From: Heterodontus francisci
Taxonomy: Eukaryota
Direction: 5' to 3'
NCBI RefSeq assembly: GCF_036365525.1
Contig: NC_090388.1
Coordinates: 64,133,726-64,197,725, forward strand
Length of the DNA stretch: 64,000 nucleotides
Shown here: piece by piece, positions 37,370 to 49,545 of the stretch
How the letters are laid out: every line of letters starts with the position of its first letter
How positions within the stretch are numbered: position 1 is the stretch's first letter
Made by a program: the position numbers and the translations under genes
The notes under the pieces: generated by a model
Told to the model about the DNA's origin: nothing
The model's input: only the letters and a program-made list of their open reading frames with translations
The model's database searches: none

Positions 37370-39772
37370 AGGATGTCCTTATATCATTTGTACTGACCAC
37401 CTTGATGTCGTTTGCTCTGAGACAGTTGTCCGTAGAAAAATCTACTTGAGGATTCTGCAATCATCCATGCAGGAGACATGGCCTGCCCATCAAAGTTGAA
37501 TTTTCTGAAGGGTGATTTCCTTGCTGTTGAGCCCAGCATGATGGAGGGCATCGTTGTTTGTGATTTTATTCTGCCATCAAATCCTCATGAGGGACCTCAG
37601 GTGTCTTTGGTGGAAGCATTCCAGAGCTTCGATGTGGTGCCTATAGTAGACCCAGGATTCTGCACTATACAGCAGGGTGGCAAGGACAATAGCATGGTAG
37701 AGTTTAATTTCAGTCTTCAACTTAATGCCATGCTGCTTCCAGACACTATCCTGGAGCCAACCATAGGCAGAACTCGCTTTCTGGATACATGCGCAGATAT
37801 CTTCATCAATAGTGGCATCCGTGGAGAGCACACTACCAAGGGATGAGAATTTTTCTACAGCCTTAAGGCTGGAAGGTTGTCTCTTACTCACCTAATTGAA
37901 TTTTTTGAGGAAGTAACAAGGAGGATTGGTGAGGGTAGTGCAGTGGATGTGGTCTACATGGATTTCAGTAAGGCATTTGCCAACGTCCCACATGGCAGAC
38001 TGGTCAGTAAAATTAAAGTCCATGGGATACAGGGGAATGTAGCGAGTTGGATCCAAAATTGGCTCAGTGACAGGAAACAAAGAGTAATGGTCGACGGACG
38101 TTTTTGCGAATGGAAGGCTGTTTCCAGTGTCGTTCCACAGGACTCATTGTTGGGTCCCTTGCTGTTTGTGGTATACATGATTTGGACTTAAATGTGGAAT
38201 GCATAAGTGGGAAATTTGCAGATGACACAATGTGTAGTTGATAGTGAAGAGGATAGCTGTAGACTCCAGAATGATATCAATTGTTTGGTTGAGTGGACAG
38301 AAAAGTGGCAATGGAATTAAGTCCGGAGAAGTGTGAGGTAATGCATTTGGGAGGGCAAACAAAGCAAGGGAATACACAGTAAATGAGAGGATATTGAGAG
38401 GGGTAGAGGAGGTGAGAGATCTTGGAGCGCATGTCCACAGGTCCCTGAAGGTGATAGGACAGGTAGATAAAGTGGTGAAGGCGGCATATGGAATGCTTTT
38501 CTTTCTTGGCCAAGGTATAGAATACAAAAGCAGGGATGTAATGCTGGAACTGTATAAAACACTGGTTAGGCCACAGCTGGAGTATTGCGTACCATTCTGG
38601 TCACCATGTTGCATGAAGGACATAATTGCTCTGGAGAGAGTACAGTGGAGATTTACAGGAATGTTGCCAGGGCTTGAAAATTGCAGCCATGAGGAAAGTT
38701 TGGATAGGCTAGGGTTGTTTTCTTTAGAACAGAGGAGGCTCAGGGGTGACTTAATTGAGATGTACAAAATTATGAAAGGCCTAGATAGGGGAAACAGGTC
38801 CTTCCTGTCTGCTCTCATGGAGAGCTCCATTACCAGGGGGCACAGATTTAAAGTGATTAGAGGAGACATGAGGAAAAACTTTTTCATCCAGAGGGTGGTG
38901 GATGTCTGGAGTTCACTGCTCAGATTAGTGGTGGAGGCATAAACTGTCAACTCATTTAAAAAAAGGTACCTTTTTAGGACCTGCACCTGAGGTGCTGTAA
39001 CCTGCAAGGTTACAGACCAGGTCCTGGAAGGTGGGATTAGATTGGGTGGCTAGTTTTTTCAGCTGGCGGAGACACACTGGGCTGAATGGCCTCTTTCTAT
39101 ACTGTAACTTTTGTATGATGCCATCAGCAGATATGTCTGGTGCTTCATAGCGTGTGCCCAGTGCTGGCTGAAACATAACCTCTGTCTTGGAGACACTGAT
39201 TTGGAGATTTTGGCAGCACACAACAATTTGTTTGCCGTAGTGTGGATGTCATCCTTGTTGTGGATAGTTAGGGCACAGTTATCTACATGAGTAGCTCTCT
39301 GATTACTGTCTCTGTGGCATTGGTAGAGGTACGCAGTCTGGGGAAATTGACGAGCTTCCCTGAACGGAACGGAACGTTGCTGCCTGCAGGCATGTCTCTG
39401 ATGGCTTCCTTCAGCATTGCAAACAAAAAGATATTGAAGGGTTAGAGAGCCACGACACATCCTTGTTTTACGCTGTTGGTTACCGCAAAGACATCAGATA
39501 TCTAACCACAGGTACAAACACATCCAACCATGCCATCATGCAGCAGGATTTTGGCAAACTCGTGCAGACATCCTTGCTTGGAGTGCAAGTGCCATAGATC
39601 AAGTCGACTCACACTGTCAAAAACTTTAGTTAGGGCAAGGAACAGCATATATAGATCCTGATGTTGCTCTCTGCACCTTGCTTGTAGTTGTCTTACTACA
39701 AACACCATATAGGCTGTCGCTCAGTTATCCCTAAAATCACACTGTGATTCCAGGAGGACATAGTCTACGAGG
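37370..39772 (-). mobile_element. Old RTE-clade LINE (37370-37876 and ~39113-39772) split by a CR1
   Basis: Peptides KFSSLGSVLS..ATIDEDI..CIQKASSAYG, KLYHAIVLATLLYSAESW, RQLQARCREQHQDLYMLFLALTKVFDSV. Confidence 0.75.
37877..39112 (+). mobile_element. 5'-truncated CR1 LINE
   Basis: CLTHLIEFFEEVT, VDVVYMDFSKAF, LGPLLF, LYKTLVRPQLEYCVPFWSP, LGLFSLEQRRLRGDL. Confidence 0.9.
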
Positions 39773-40092
39773 TAAAGGCCTGCTACCCGACCCGAATCCA
39801 ATGGGACCCGGCCTGTGTCGGGTTCGGGTCGGGTCGTTCTTCCGGGTCTGGCATTCGGGCACGGGTCAGGCTGGATCGGATACGCTCCATCACCACCTCA
39901 GTTAAGTGACTTTAATGTTAATTTACTTTTTGGACTTTAAAGGTGGTTATGCTACAGTTATTTTAAGCTTGTGCAGGTAAGGAACAAAGTGAAAAACAGA
40001 AGGTAAGTTAACTGATGGTCTGGTCGGGTCAGGCGCAGGAAAAAAAAAAGGACTCAGGTCGGATCTTGTTTGCAGACCCGAGCCGGTCTTTA
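39773..40092. mobile_element. hAT-like MITE with ACCCG/CGGGT subterminal repeats
   Basis: TIR taaaggcctgct / agccggtcttta (10/12); arrays of acccga and cgggtc. Confidence 0.55.
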
Positions 40093-41370
40093 ATATGAGA
40101 CTGTCTAGTAGACGGTTTCATAGGACCCTTGTGAAGATATTTCCTGTGACCGAAAGACGACTTATTCCTCGTGAGGGGGTTCAAAGCTTGTGAGGCGACT
40201 CTCCTCGTTTACCAGAAAATTCCTAGTTAATGCTTCATTAGCAAAAAAAAAGAGATTGATCTCTGATTGGATGTCTTCTCTGGATCTACAGCCTCTCACT
40301 TCAAGTCCTATCCACCCCTTCATATAGTTTATATAAAAATAAACCATATTTTGGTTTGCACTTGTGCATCATCTTGATAGAATATTTTCCAGTCTACTTT
40401 CCATAGAGAGAGAGAGAGAGAATACATAGTGGCATCTGTGATACACAACAACAGTTGTGTGGTGTACAAGCAAAGGTTTTGTATAATGATCTCCAGATCA
40501 TAGTATTGTTTAACTAGGTATCAGGCATCAAAAGCTGCATTCCAAACCATTGGAGATGCAAAGTTCACTTGCAGGACTTACTAGTAAAATATTGGAAAGA
40601 AAAATCAGTTAGATTCTATAACTGAGTGTCATGCTAGGCTCCCACCTGCCGAGGATGAGGGACATAGATTTTGTCATGAACATAGATTTTTAACTGTTGT
40701 TGTAGCAAGGAAATGGCTTGTTAAACAGATCAGCCTTGGCTGAAAAAAAATTAACATACTAACAGACATCAAAGGTGAGGAAGTACGTTCCAGGGCCTGC
40801 TAAGGAGGATACAATCCACAAGGGCCAGTACTGGTCAGACCAGCTGGTCACATGACTACCTGGCTGTTCCAAGGTTTTCTTTTGAACTGGCCACAGAGCA
40901 TTTGAAGGCAGAAAGTCTGTTTGCTCCTGGAGTGAGAAGATCTCTCCTGTCTGCTGCCATCTCTTTCTCACAAGCCTCTTAATCCACTGAAGCCACATGA
41001 ACCCCATGAGAGAAAAGTCTCTTACAGTGAACAAGGTTTAAGAATAATACTGGGCCCCAATGAAAAGCAAGATCTACCTACAATCAAGGATGAGCTTGAA
41101 GACCTGTAACAACAACTCTTCAGATATTGCCTCAAATTTTTTCCACTTTATTTCTTCTGCTCTTTTCTGTCTCTATTTACATGTGTATATCACATGCTAG
41201 CGTGGGCGTGTCCTGTATCCTAGGCGTCAACCAAATCAGAGTTTAATAAATTTCAACTTTTCTTCTTTAAACTTAAGAAAGCCTATTTATACTGGTTTCT
41301 TTGCCTTTAATTGGAAAACGGTGAACAAGGATTCACCAAGGGGGAGCTAAAAACAGAGTGTTTAAAAATA

Positions 41371-42708
41371 TTCCAAATATTCCAAAAATCTCCATTCCAT
41401 TCTCCCAGTTTCTCCGTCTCCGACGCATCTGCTCTGATGATGCTACCTTCCATGACGGTGCTTCTGATATGACCTCCTTTTTCCTCAACCGAGGATTTCC
41501 CCTCACTGTGGTTGACAGGGCCCTCAACCGTGTCCGACCCATTCCCCGCACCTCTACCCTCACCCCTTCCCCTCCCTCCCAGAACCGTGACAGGGTTCCC
41601 CTTGTCCTCACTTTTCATCCCACCAGCCTCCATATCCAAAGGATCATCCTCCGCCATTTTCGCCACCTCCAGCATGATGCCACTACCAGTCGCATCTTCC
41701 CCTCCCTTCCCCTGTCAGCATTCCGAAGGGATCGTTCCCTCCGCGACACCCTGGTCCACTCCTCCATTACCCCCACCACCTCGTCCCCGTCCCAGGGCAC
41801 CTTCCCTTGCAATCGCAGGAGGTGTAATACCTGCCCATTTACCTCCTCTCTCCTCACTATCCCAGGCCCCAAACACTCCTTTCAGGTGAAGCAGCGATTT
41901 ACTTGTACTTCTTTCAATGTAGTATACTGTATTCGCTGCTCACAGTGTGGTCTCCTCTACATAGCGCAGACTGGGTGACCGCTTTGCGGAACATCTCCGC
42001 TCAGTCCGCAAGCAGGACCCTGAGCTTCCGGTTGCTTGCCATTTCAACACTCCCCCCTGCTCTCATGCTCACATCTCTGTCCTGGGATTGCTGCAGTGTT
42101 CCAGTGAACATCAACGCAAGCTCGAGGAACAGCATCTCATCTACCGATTAGGCACACTACAGCCTGCCGGACTGAACATTGAGTTCAATAATTTCAGAGC
42201 ATGACAGCCCCCCACTTTACTTTCATTTTTAGTCATTTTTTCTTCCTTTTTTTTTGCATTCCTTCTTACAATTTTTACAATCTTTTTTTGCATTTATTTC
42301 ATTTCATCTTAGTTTGTTCAGTTTGCTTACCCACTGTTTTTTTCAGGTTGTTTTTCTTCAGGTTTGCACTTGCTGATGTTCAATATTCAGTATATTCACA
42401 CCTAATCTGTACTAATGCTTTGTCTTTCAACACACCATTAACATATTGTTTGCCTTTGCTCCGTGACCTTTTGGTCAGCTATGTGGCCTGGTCCAATCTG
42501 CACCTTCTCCTTTGTTATCTCTTGCCCAACCCCCAGCTCACTTGTTTATAATCTGTGACTTTTCTAATATTTGTCAGTTCCGAAGAAGGGTCACTGACCC
42601 GAAACGTTAACTCTGCTTCTCTTTCCACAGATGCTGCCAGACCTGCTGAGTGAATCCAGCATTTCTTGTTTTTGTTTCAGATTTCCAGCATCCGCAGTAT
42701 TTTGCTTT
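41371..42708 (+). mobile_element. Penelope-like element, 5'-truncated (RT thumb/linker, GIY-YIG start, pseudo-LTR)
   Basis: SIPFSQFLRLRRICS, F.NRGFP, CNRRRCNTC, FTCTSFNVVYCIRCSQCGLLYI; 12-bp direct repeat TGTTTAAAAATA at 41359-41370 and 42709-42720. Confidence 0.88.
42575..42615 (+). ncRNA. Minimal type I hammerhead-like motif in the Penelope pseudo-LTR
   Basis: agtt-CCGAAGA-a-gggtca/tgaccc-GAAA-cgtt-a-act: core, stem II and palindromic stem III; U4->C deviation. Confidence 0.55.
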
Positions 42709-42949
42709 TGTTTAAAAATAAAACCTTGTTACAGTAAAGACCAGGTGAAGGCTGAAAGGAAACCCTAGACCTCTTTCGCACCTGGTTTTAACACAGAGTA
42801 TGCCATCAGCTCTACCAGAATACAGGCCAGACAGTGAAGACAAACTCTACCTTTCTCTCTCCCTATTTTTCTTTCTCTCCCCCTCTCTGGCTGTATGTCT
42901 CTGACATGCTATTTGAGATAAAAGTTAACCAGTAGATAATATCAAACTT

Positions 42950-43630
42950 TACCTCAGTAAAATATTTAACCCTGACATGAGCTTCCTGCCACAGTTCCAC
43001 GCCATCACTAAGGCCGCCTATTTTCACCACTGTAACATTGCCTGACTTCACCCCTTCCTCAGCTATTCTGATGCTGAAACCCTCATCCATGCTTTTGTTA
43101 CCTCTAAGTTTGACTATTCCAATGCACTTCTGGCTGGTCTCCTACATTCTACCTTCTGTCAACTTGAGGTCATCCAAAACTCTGTTGCACACGTCATAAC
43201 TTGCACCAGGTCACGTTCATCTATCACCCCTGTGCTTGATGATCTAAATTAGCAACATCTTGATTTTAAAATGCTCATCCTTATTTTCAAATCCCTCTAT
43301 GACCCCACACCTCCCTATTTCTGTAATCCCCTCCAGCTGTTCAACTCTCATATCTGCGCTCATCTAATTCTGACCTCTTGAACATCCCTGATTTTAAATC
43401 ACTCCACTGTGCCTTCAGCTGCCTTGGCTTTGGAATGCCCTCCCTACACCTCTCTGCCTCGCTTTCCTCCTTTAAGGCACTCCTTAAAACCTACCCCTTT
43501 GACCAAGCTTTTGGTCATCTAACTTAATATCTCCTTATGTGGCCTGGCATCATATTTTGCTTTATAATGCTCCTGTGAAGCACCTTGAGACACATCTATA
43601 TAGCACCTGTAATGTAGTTACAAGTTATTG
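42950..43630 (+). mobile_element. L2 LINE 3' fragment
   Basis: gctgaaaccctcatccatgcttttgttacctc...gactattccaatgc...ccttaaaacctacc..tttgaccaagcttttgg. Confidence 0.75.
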
Positions 43631-43988
43631 TTGTCATAACTCATTCTGCAGCTTGTTTTCAAATTGTCTAGACAAACTCAGAATTATAGGGAGAAAAACT
43701 CAATTACTCCCAATTTAGGGAGCAGGTATTAAAATAGGTGACCCCCAGTGTCCGGTCCCAGAGGCAGGGAACTCGCAATCTTTGTGCTGCCTCCTCGTTT
43801 CATTGATTTCAGCACGCAGCCCAGTGCCTAATGCCCTGCTGACTAGCGGCATGCTGAACGGGGGGCCTCCACAGGATGTGCATCGAGCACATGTTTCAGT
43901 TTACCTGCACCTCTTAAAGGCAGCCTGCCCATCTTAAAGGGGATCTGACTGACTGTAGAGGAATTGGCTACAAAGATAAGCACAGAAA

Positions 43989-44570
43989 ATGAAGCAATAA
44001 GCAAGGGAGAAGGCTGCTAGGTTTTCTGATGTGGCACTGGAGGCAATAATATAGAAGGTAGAAAGGATGCAGAGGCATCAAGGCAAACACTGTGAAAAGG
44101 AATGGGAACAGGTGGCCAAGGAGGTCAATTTCCAGAGCCTGGGCGCAAGGACCTGGCAATAGTGTCGCAAGATGATCAATGACCTCACACAAGTGGGCAA
44201 GGTCAGTGAATGCATATTCACATGATATCTCCTATCCATTGCACCAACATCTCGCATGCTGCTCAATGCACTAGATTCCTATCACTCACCCATCAGCAAT
44301 CTCTAGCAGTCAGGGCCCAGGCCCAAGATTCAAATACTCCACCTTATCCTCACATGCTTTATAATGCTGCCATCCTCACACCCACCTCTCACTGCTTCCA
44401 TATATTTCCAGCTATTCACGCATGGCAGGCACATTACCCAAACATATTGCAAAACAATTACTGATATTCTTCCCTCTCTCTTGCAGGACAAGGTGGCACA
44501 TAACAGGAGGGAGCAGAGCAAAACTGGAGGAAGACAGGCATACCTGCATCAACTGAGCCCGAAAGGAGAC
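43989..44570 (+). pseudogene. Decayed Myb/SANT-like gene of a PIF/Harbinger-type transposon, with intron 44202-44486
   Basis: ARFSDVALEAII*KVE...EWEQVAKEVN...RTWQ*CRKMINDL..K|gtcagt...ttgcag|DKVAHNRREQSKTGG. Confidence 0.6.
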
Positions 44571-44689
44571 AGTGCTCTGCATCATGGGACTGGCTGTGAC
44601 CTAGGGTGTTGCCAAGAAAATTCAGGATTGCCTTACACCTCTTCTCAAATCTCAAACCCCATCTCACCTCCCCACTTATCCTGCTTTCA

Positions 44690-46880
44690 GATGTAAATAG
44701 TAAGCAAGTAGTAAGAGGCAGGATGGGGCCTTTTGGGGAGGACAAAGACAGTGATATATGCTTGGATGTGCTGGGCAAGGCCAAAATACTTAATGAGTAC
44801 TTTGCATCAGTGGAACAGGATGCTGATAAAATACCAGTAGAAGCAGAGATTATAGAGGTAATGAATGGGGTGAAAATGGATAGGCAGGATGTACTGGAAA
44901 GGCTGACTATGCTGAGAGTGGGTAAGTCGCTTGGTCAGAATACCTTGCATCCCAGGTTGCTCAGGAAAGTGGGGAAGATGATAGTGGAAGGGCTTGCTAT
45001 AATCTTCCAATCTTTCCTAGGCATGGGGGAGGTGCCAGAGAATTGGAAAGTGGCAAATGGAACACCCATGTTCAAGAAAGGGTGTAAGGACATTCCTAGT
45101 AACTACCGCCTGGTCAGTTTAACATCAGTGGTGGGTAAGGTTTTAGAAACTATAATCAAGGAAAAATCAAAACACACTTGGAGAGGTAGGAGTTATTTAA
45201 GGAGAGCCACCACAGATCTGTTAAAGGCAGATAGTGTTTGACTAATTGAATGGATTATTTTGATAAACAGAAATGGTTGAGCAAGGGAATGCAATCGATG
45301 TTGCCCATATGGATTTTAAGAAAGCATTTGACAAAATACTGAACAAAAGGTTTGTTAACAAAACTGAGGCTCATTGAAAAGAAGGGTCAGTATCAGCTTG
45401 GATAAAATTTGGCTTAAGGGCAGAAAACAGTGAGTCATGGTAAATATTGTTTTTCAGATTGGAGGATGGTAGACAGCAGTGTTCCCCAAGGGTCATTGCT
45501 AGGACCACTGTTTTTATATAAATCAGTGACTTGGGTATTGGAATACAGAGTAAGATTTTGAAATTTGCTGATCCCAAACTTGGAGGTGTGGCAAACAGTG
45601 AGGATGGTGCCAATCGACTGCAACAGGACAGAGATAGGCTAGCAGAGTGGGCAGACAAGTGGTGGATAGAATTTAATAGAGAAATGGGAGGTGATACTTT
45701 TTGGCAGAAGGGTAGGGAGAGGCAATATATACTTAATGGCACCATTCTAAAGAGTGTGCAGGGACAGAGGGACCTGGAGGTTCATGTACATGGAGCTTTA
45801 AAGGTGGCATTACATATTGAAGAGTAGTTTGTAAAACATACGGGATCTGGAGGTTCATAAATAGAGAGTACAAAGCAGGGAAGTTACACGAACCTTTATA
45901 AAACCCTGGTTCGGCCAGAGTATTGTGTCCAGTTCTGGTCACCACACTTTAGGAAGGATGCAAAGGTCCTTGAGAGTGCAGGGAAGATTTACCAGAATGG
46001 TTCCAGGGATGAGGGACTTTAGCTACAAGGGTAGGTTGGAGAATCTGGGGTTGTTCTCCTTGGAACAAAAGAGATGAGATGGAGATTTGTTAAAGGTGTA
46101 CTAGGTTGTCCAACATACGGCCAGCAGGCCAGGACCAGTCCGCAAATGTATTTCAGAAATGAGAAATTTCCCATTGGCTTCTTCTTCCAGACCAGCTTTA
46201 AAGAAAAAATAAATCGCAAGTCAGTTTCACAGCTGACAGGTGCTGGGGTCGAGAACAGCGGTTTATGAATTTTGGACAGATTCGGGGTTTCCAGCATGCT
46301 CATTTTTTTTTCCCGAATGCAAGACAAAAATTGTAATGTAGCCTCTCACACGAAAACGTTGGACACCCCTGGTATACAGATTTTCAGATTGGAGGATGGT
46401 AGACAGCAGTGTTCCCCAAGGGTCATTGCTAGGACCACTGTTTTTATATAAATAAATGACTTGGGTATTGGAATACAGAGTAAGATTTTGAAATTTGCTG
46501 ATCCCAAACTTGGAGGTGTGGCAAACAGTGAGGATGGTGCGCAAACAGGTTTGGATAAGATAGACAAAGGCGAGCTGTTCCCATTAGCTGATGGTATAAG
46601 GACTAGGGGACACAGATTTAAGGTTTTGGGCAACAGATGCAGGGAGATGTGAAGAACTTTTTTTATGCAGTGAGTGGTAATGACATGGAACTCACTGCCT
46701 ACAAGGGTGGTGGAAACAGACAATGAATGATTTCAAAAAGGAAATTTGATGGACACTTGAGAGATATAAACTTGCAGGGCTATGGGGGATTGAACAAGGA
46801 AATGGGACTGACTGGATTATTCTGCAGAGCACTGGGTGAACTCGATAGGCCGAATGACCTCCTTTTGTGCTGCTTTGACT
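44690..46880 (+). mobile_element. Degenerate CR1 LINE containing a MITE and a local duplication
   Basis: KAKILNEYFASV, LHPRLL, VPENWKVAN, NYRLVSLTSVVGKVLETII, KFAD.KLGG. Confidence 0.85.
46101..46371. mobile_element. hAT (Charlie-like) MITE
   Basis: TIR ctaggttgtccaac / gttggacacccctg; shares gtcagtttcacagctgaca and gacagattc.g.gttt with 6680-6750. Confidence 0.65.
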
Positions 46881-47469
46881 ATGAACCAAGAGCAAAACCA
46901 GACCTCTGATGAAGAAGCACCATCACTTGATCTGACAATCACAGCCATCAGCTCATATACTGGCACTATGCGTATCTTAGAGGGTAATATAGAGATGGGA
47001 TCAGTGCATAGTGAGTCATTGGGAACGAGTGGGCTTCAGCTAAGACCCAGGGATAGGACAGTTCATGTACCGGTTCCCCGGAATGCAAGATCACAGACTA
47101 GTTCTGCTGCAGGGACTCAGATGAGGACTTCAATGGGGTGAGGTACATGAAAACTCAAATAGTCATGCACACCGATATGATTGATGAATTAGCAGGTCTA
47201 CCAGCAAGCCTGTTGTCACTGATAAGGAGCATGGAGGAGTTTGGCTCCAATTTGGAACAGGGCTTCTATTCAGCTGAGTAGAAATGTCCTCATTCTCTAA
47301 TTCACCAACACCCAATATTTGTATTCTAATCCTGTCCATTTACCTAAAGACTGATGTCCACTTGGCAGGCCAAGGGCAACAATGGAGATGACTGGACAAC
47401 ACATTGACATTTAAAACACCCAATTTTCCTTGTACACTACAAATCCTTTTTCTACTATTCCTACATGGT

Positions 47470-48700
47470 GCTACCTCTGTGGTTTCAGAAGAGCCAGAGA
47501 CAGGCTGCTTGGTCCCCTGCTCAGATTGTGGCTGACATCCTCTGGATTTTGGAGCCTGTGAGGGCCAAACCAAGGACTGGCCCACCTGCCCCACCTGCCT
47601 CCATCTTCCCTCTCACCACCTGCACTTCCCAGCTAGCAGAGAGCTGGGGAGCACTTTGCTGCATGTCAGTGAGCCTCAATGGCTAGGGTGAGGCTTTCAT
47701 CAAACCTATTTAAAGTGGGAGTCTGTAGGCCATCAGTCAGCACCAGCATGCACTCGGTTGTCTGCTGTGTGTGATGCTTCACGCAGGTGGCCACTGTTTC
47801 CACAGAGATGGACATCAGCACAAAGGCCTGAGATATCATTGCACATAGTAGAGATGGACTCCGCCAATCTCTGTCCAATGGTGAGCAGTGCCTCAAGAAA
47901 TGTTGACGAAACCTCACACATTTTCTGTTACGGCTCCAGAGTAGTCCTTTCAGTCGATAACCCGATGCTAAGCTTTTGCATCCAGCTGAGCAGTGCTTGG
48001 AGTGTCCTGTGCCCTCAGAGGACTCCCCACGGCTCTTCCTGCTTCCAAGACCTGCATCTGCTCATTTGTGATGTGTGACTCATCATAGGACAACCCAGCT
48101 ACCTTCCATGGAGGTTTCATTGTGCAGAGTGGATCGGAGCTGGTGGAGAGTGCGCGTGAACCATGTGACAGTGCTTACTCAGAGTGCGTGATCTCCTCCG
48201 AGGACTCCTCACCCTCCTCCTGCTCCAACTCCTGTATCACGCTTGAAAGATCGAGAGTTGAAAAACATGAATTAGAATGGACAAAGGAAAAGAGTTCAAA
48301 GTCATCATTGTGCTGATGATCATATTTCAGTTAGAGGTGACAGCATGTCAACATGAGTGATTGTTGTGTGCCATATGGCTATTTGATATCTAATGCTGTC
48401 ACCAGGTATCTGGGAGACCCCCATCTCTATCTCCAATGTAAAGGCCCTCTAGAACTCGGGTGATTTCCAATGCTCCCTCCTCTACAGCTGTCAGGGTGGC
48501 TATGAAAGGAGGGCCACCCCCAGTTCTCTGTCGCTCCCTGCTGTTCTGCGAGGAGAGAAAGAATAGAGTTATGAACGAGAAATAGAATGTGTTGAGAGGA
48601 TAAAAGGACAACATTTGTGGAAGGTGACATTGACCTCATACAGCCATCCCTCACTAAGACAAGAGAGTGAGGTTCAGTGGTAGCTCTTCAGATGGGGCTG
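47470..48700 (-). mobile_element. Second Harbinger-like Myb/SANT gene relic
   Basis: Exon-like NSRERQRTGGGPPFIATLTAVEEGALEI (~48460-48545) parallels HNRREQSKTGG at 44500; boundaries uncertain. Confidence 0.4.
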
Positions 48701-48989
48701 TGCAATGTTATTGTGAAATTTAATTATTTTTATTTTGAACTATATAGTGGATATAGAAATTTTAACCATCGACCGAAATGATAAATCAAAATATTTTTCA
48801 GAAAAGAACTTGCATTTATATAAGCACCTTTCATGGCCTTTGTTCAGCCCAAAATCACTTTACAGCCAATGAAGTACTTTTGACACCTAGTCACTGTTAT
48901 AACGTAGGAAACATGACGGCCAATTTGTGCACAGCAAGCTCCCACAAACAACAATGAAATAAATGGCCAAATAATGTTTCTGGTAGGTT

Positions 48990-49545
48990 TTCTTTTAGTT
49001 CATGGAATGGGTGTGTCACTGGCAAGGAAAGCATTTATTACCCTTATTTAATTGCCATCGAGAAGGTGGTGGTGAGCTGCCTTCTTGAACCGCTGCAGTC
49101 TGCCTGGTGTAGGTAGACCCACAGTAGTGTTAGGTAAGGAGTTCCAGGATTTTGACCCAGCAACAATGAAGGAACAGCGATTGTATTCCCAAGTCAGTAT
49201 GGTTTGTGACTTGGAGGCATTGGTGTTCCCACATGCCTGTTGCCTTCATTCTTCTAGGTAGTAGAAGTCGTTGGTTTGGAAGGTAGTGTGAAAGAAACCT
49301 TGGCAAGTTATTGTAGCGGAGGGTATTCTATCACATTCTGCCTTACGCCTTGTAAATGGTGAAAAGGCTTTGGGGATACAGGAAGTGAGTTAATTTTCAC
49401 TGAACACTCCGTTTCTGACTTACTGTTGTAGCCACAGCGTTTATATGGCTTGTCCAGTTAGGTTTCTGGTCACCCCCCACCAACCCCGGGATGTTGTTGA
49501 TAGGGATGCCGTTGAATGTCAAATGGAGATGGTTAGATTCTCTGA
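48990..49545 (-). mobile_element. Old 3' fragment of the 28601/55332 LINE family
   Basis: gagaaggtggtggtgagctgccttcttgaaccgctgcagtc and ggagatggttagattctct shared, with internal deletions. Confidence 0.75.

Larger units (their letters stand above)
40627..42793 (+). mobile_element. Solo LTR interrupted by a Penelope element
   Basis: TGTCATG...CACCTGGTTTTAACA; AATAAA at ~41245; flanks ctgag/cagag. Confidence 0.6.
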
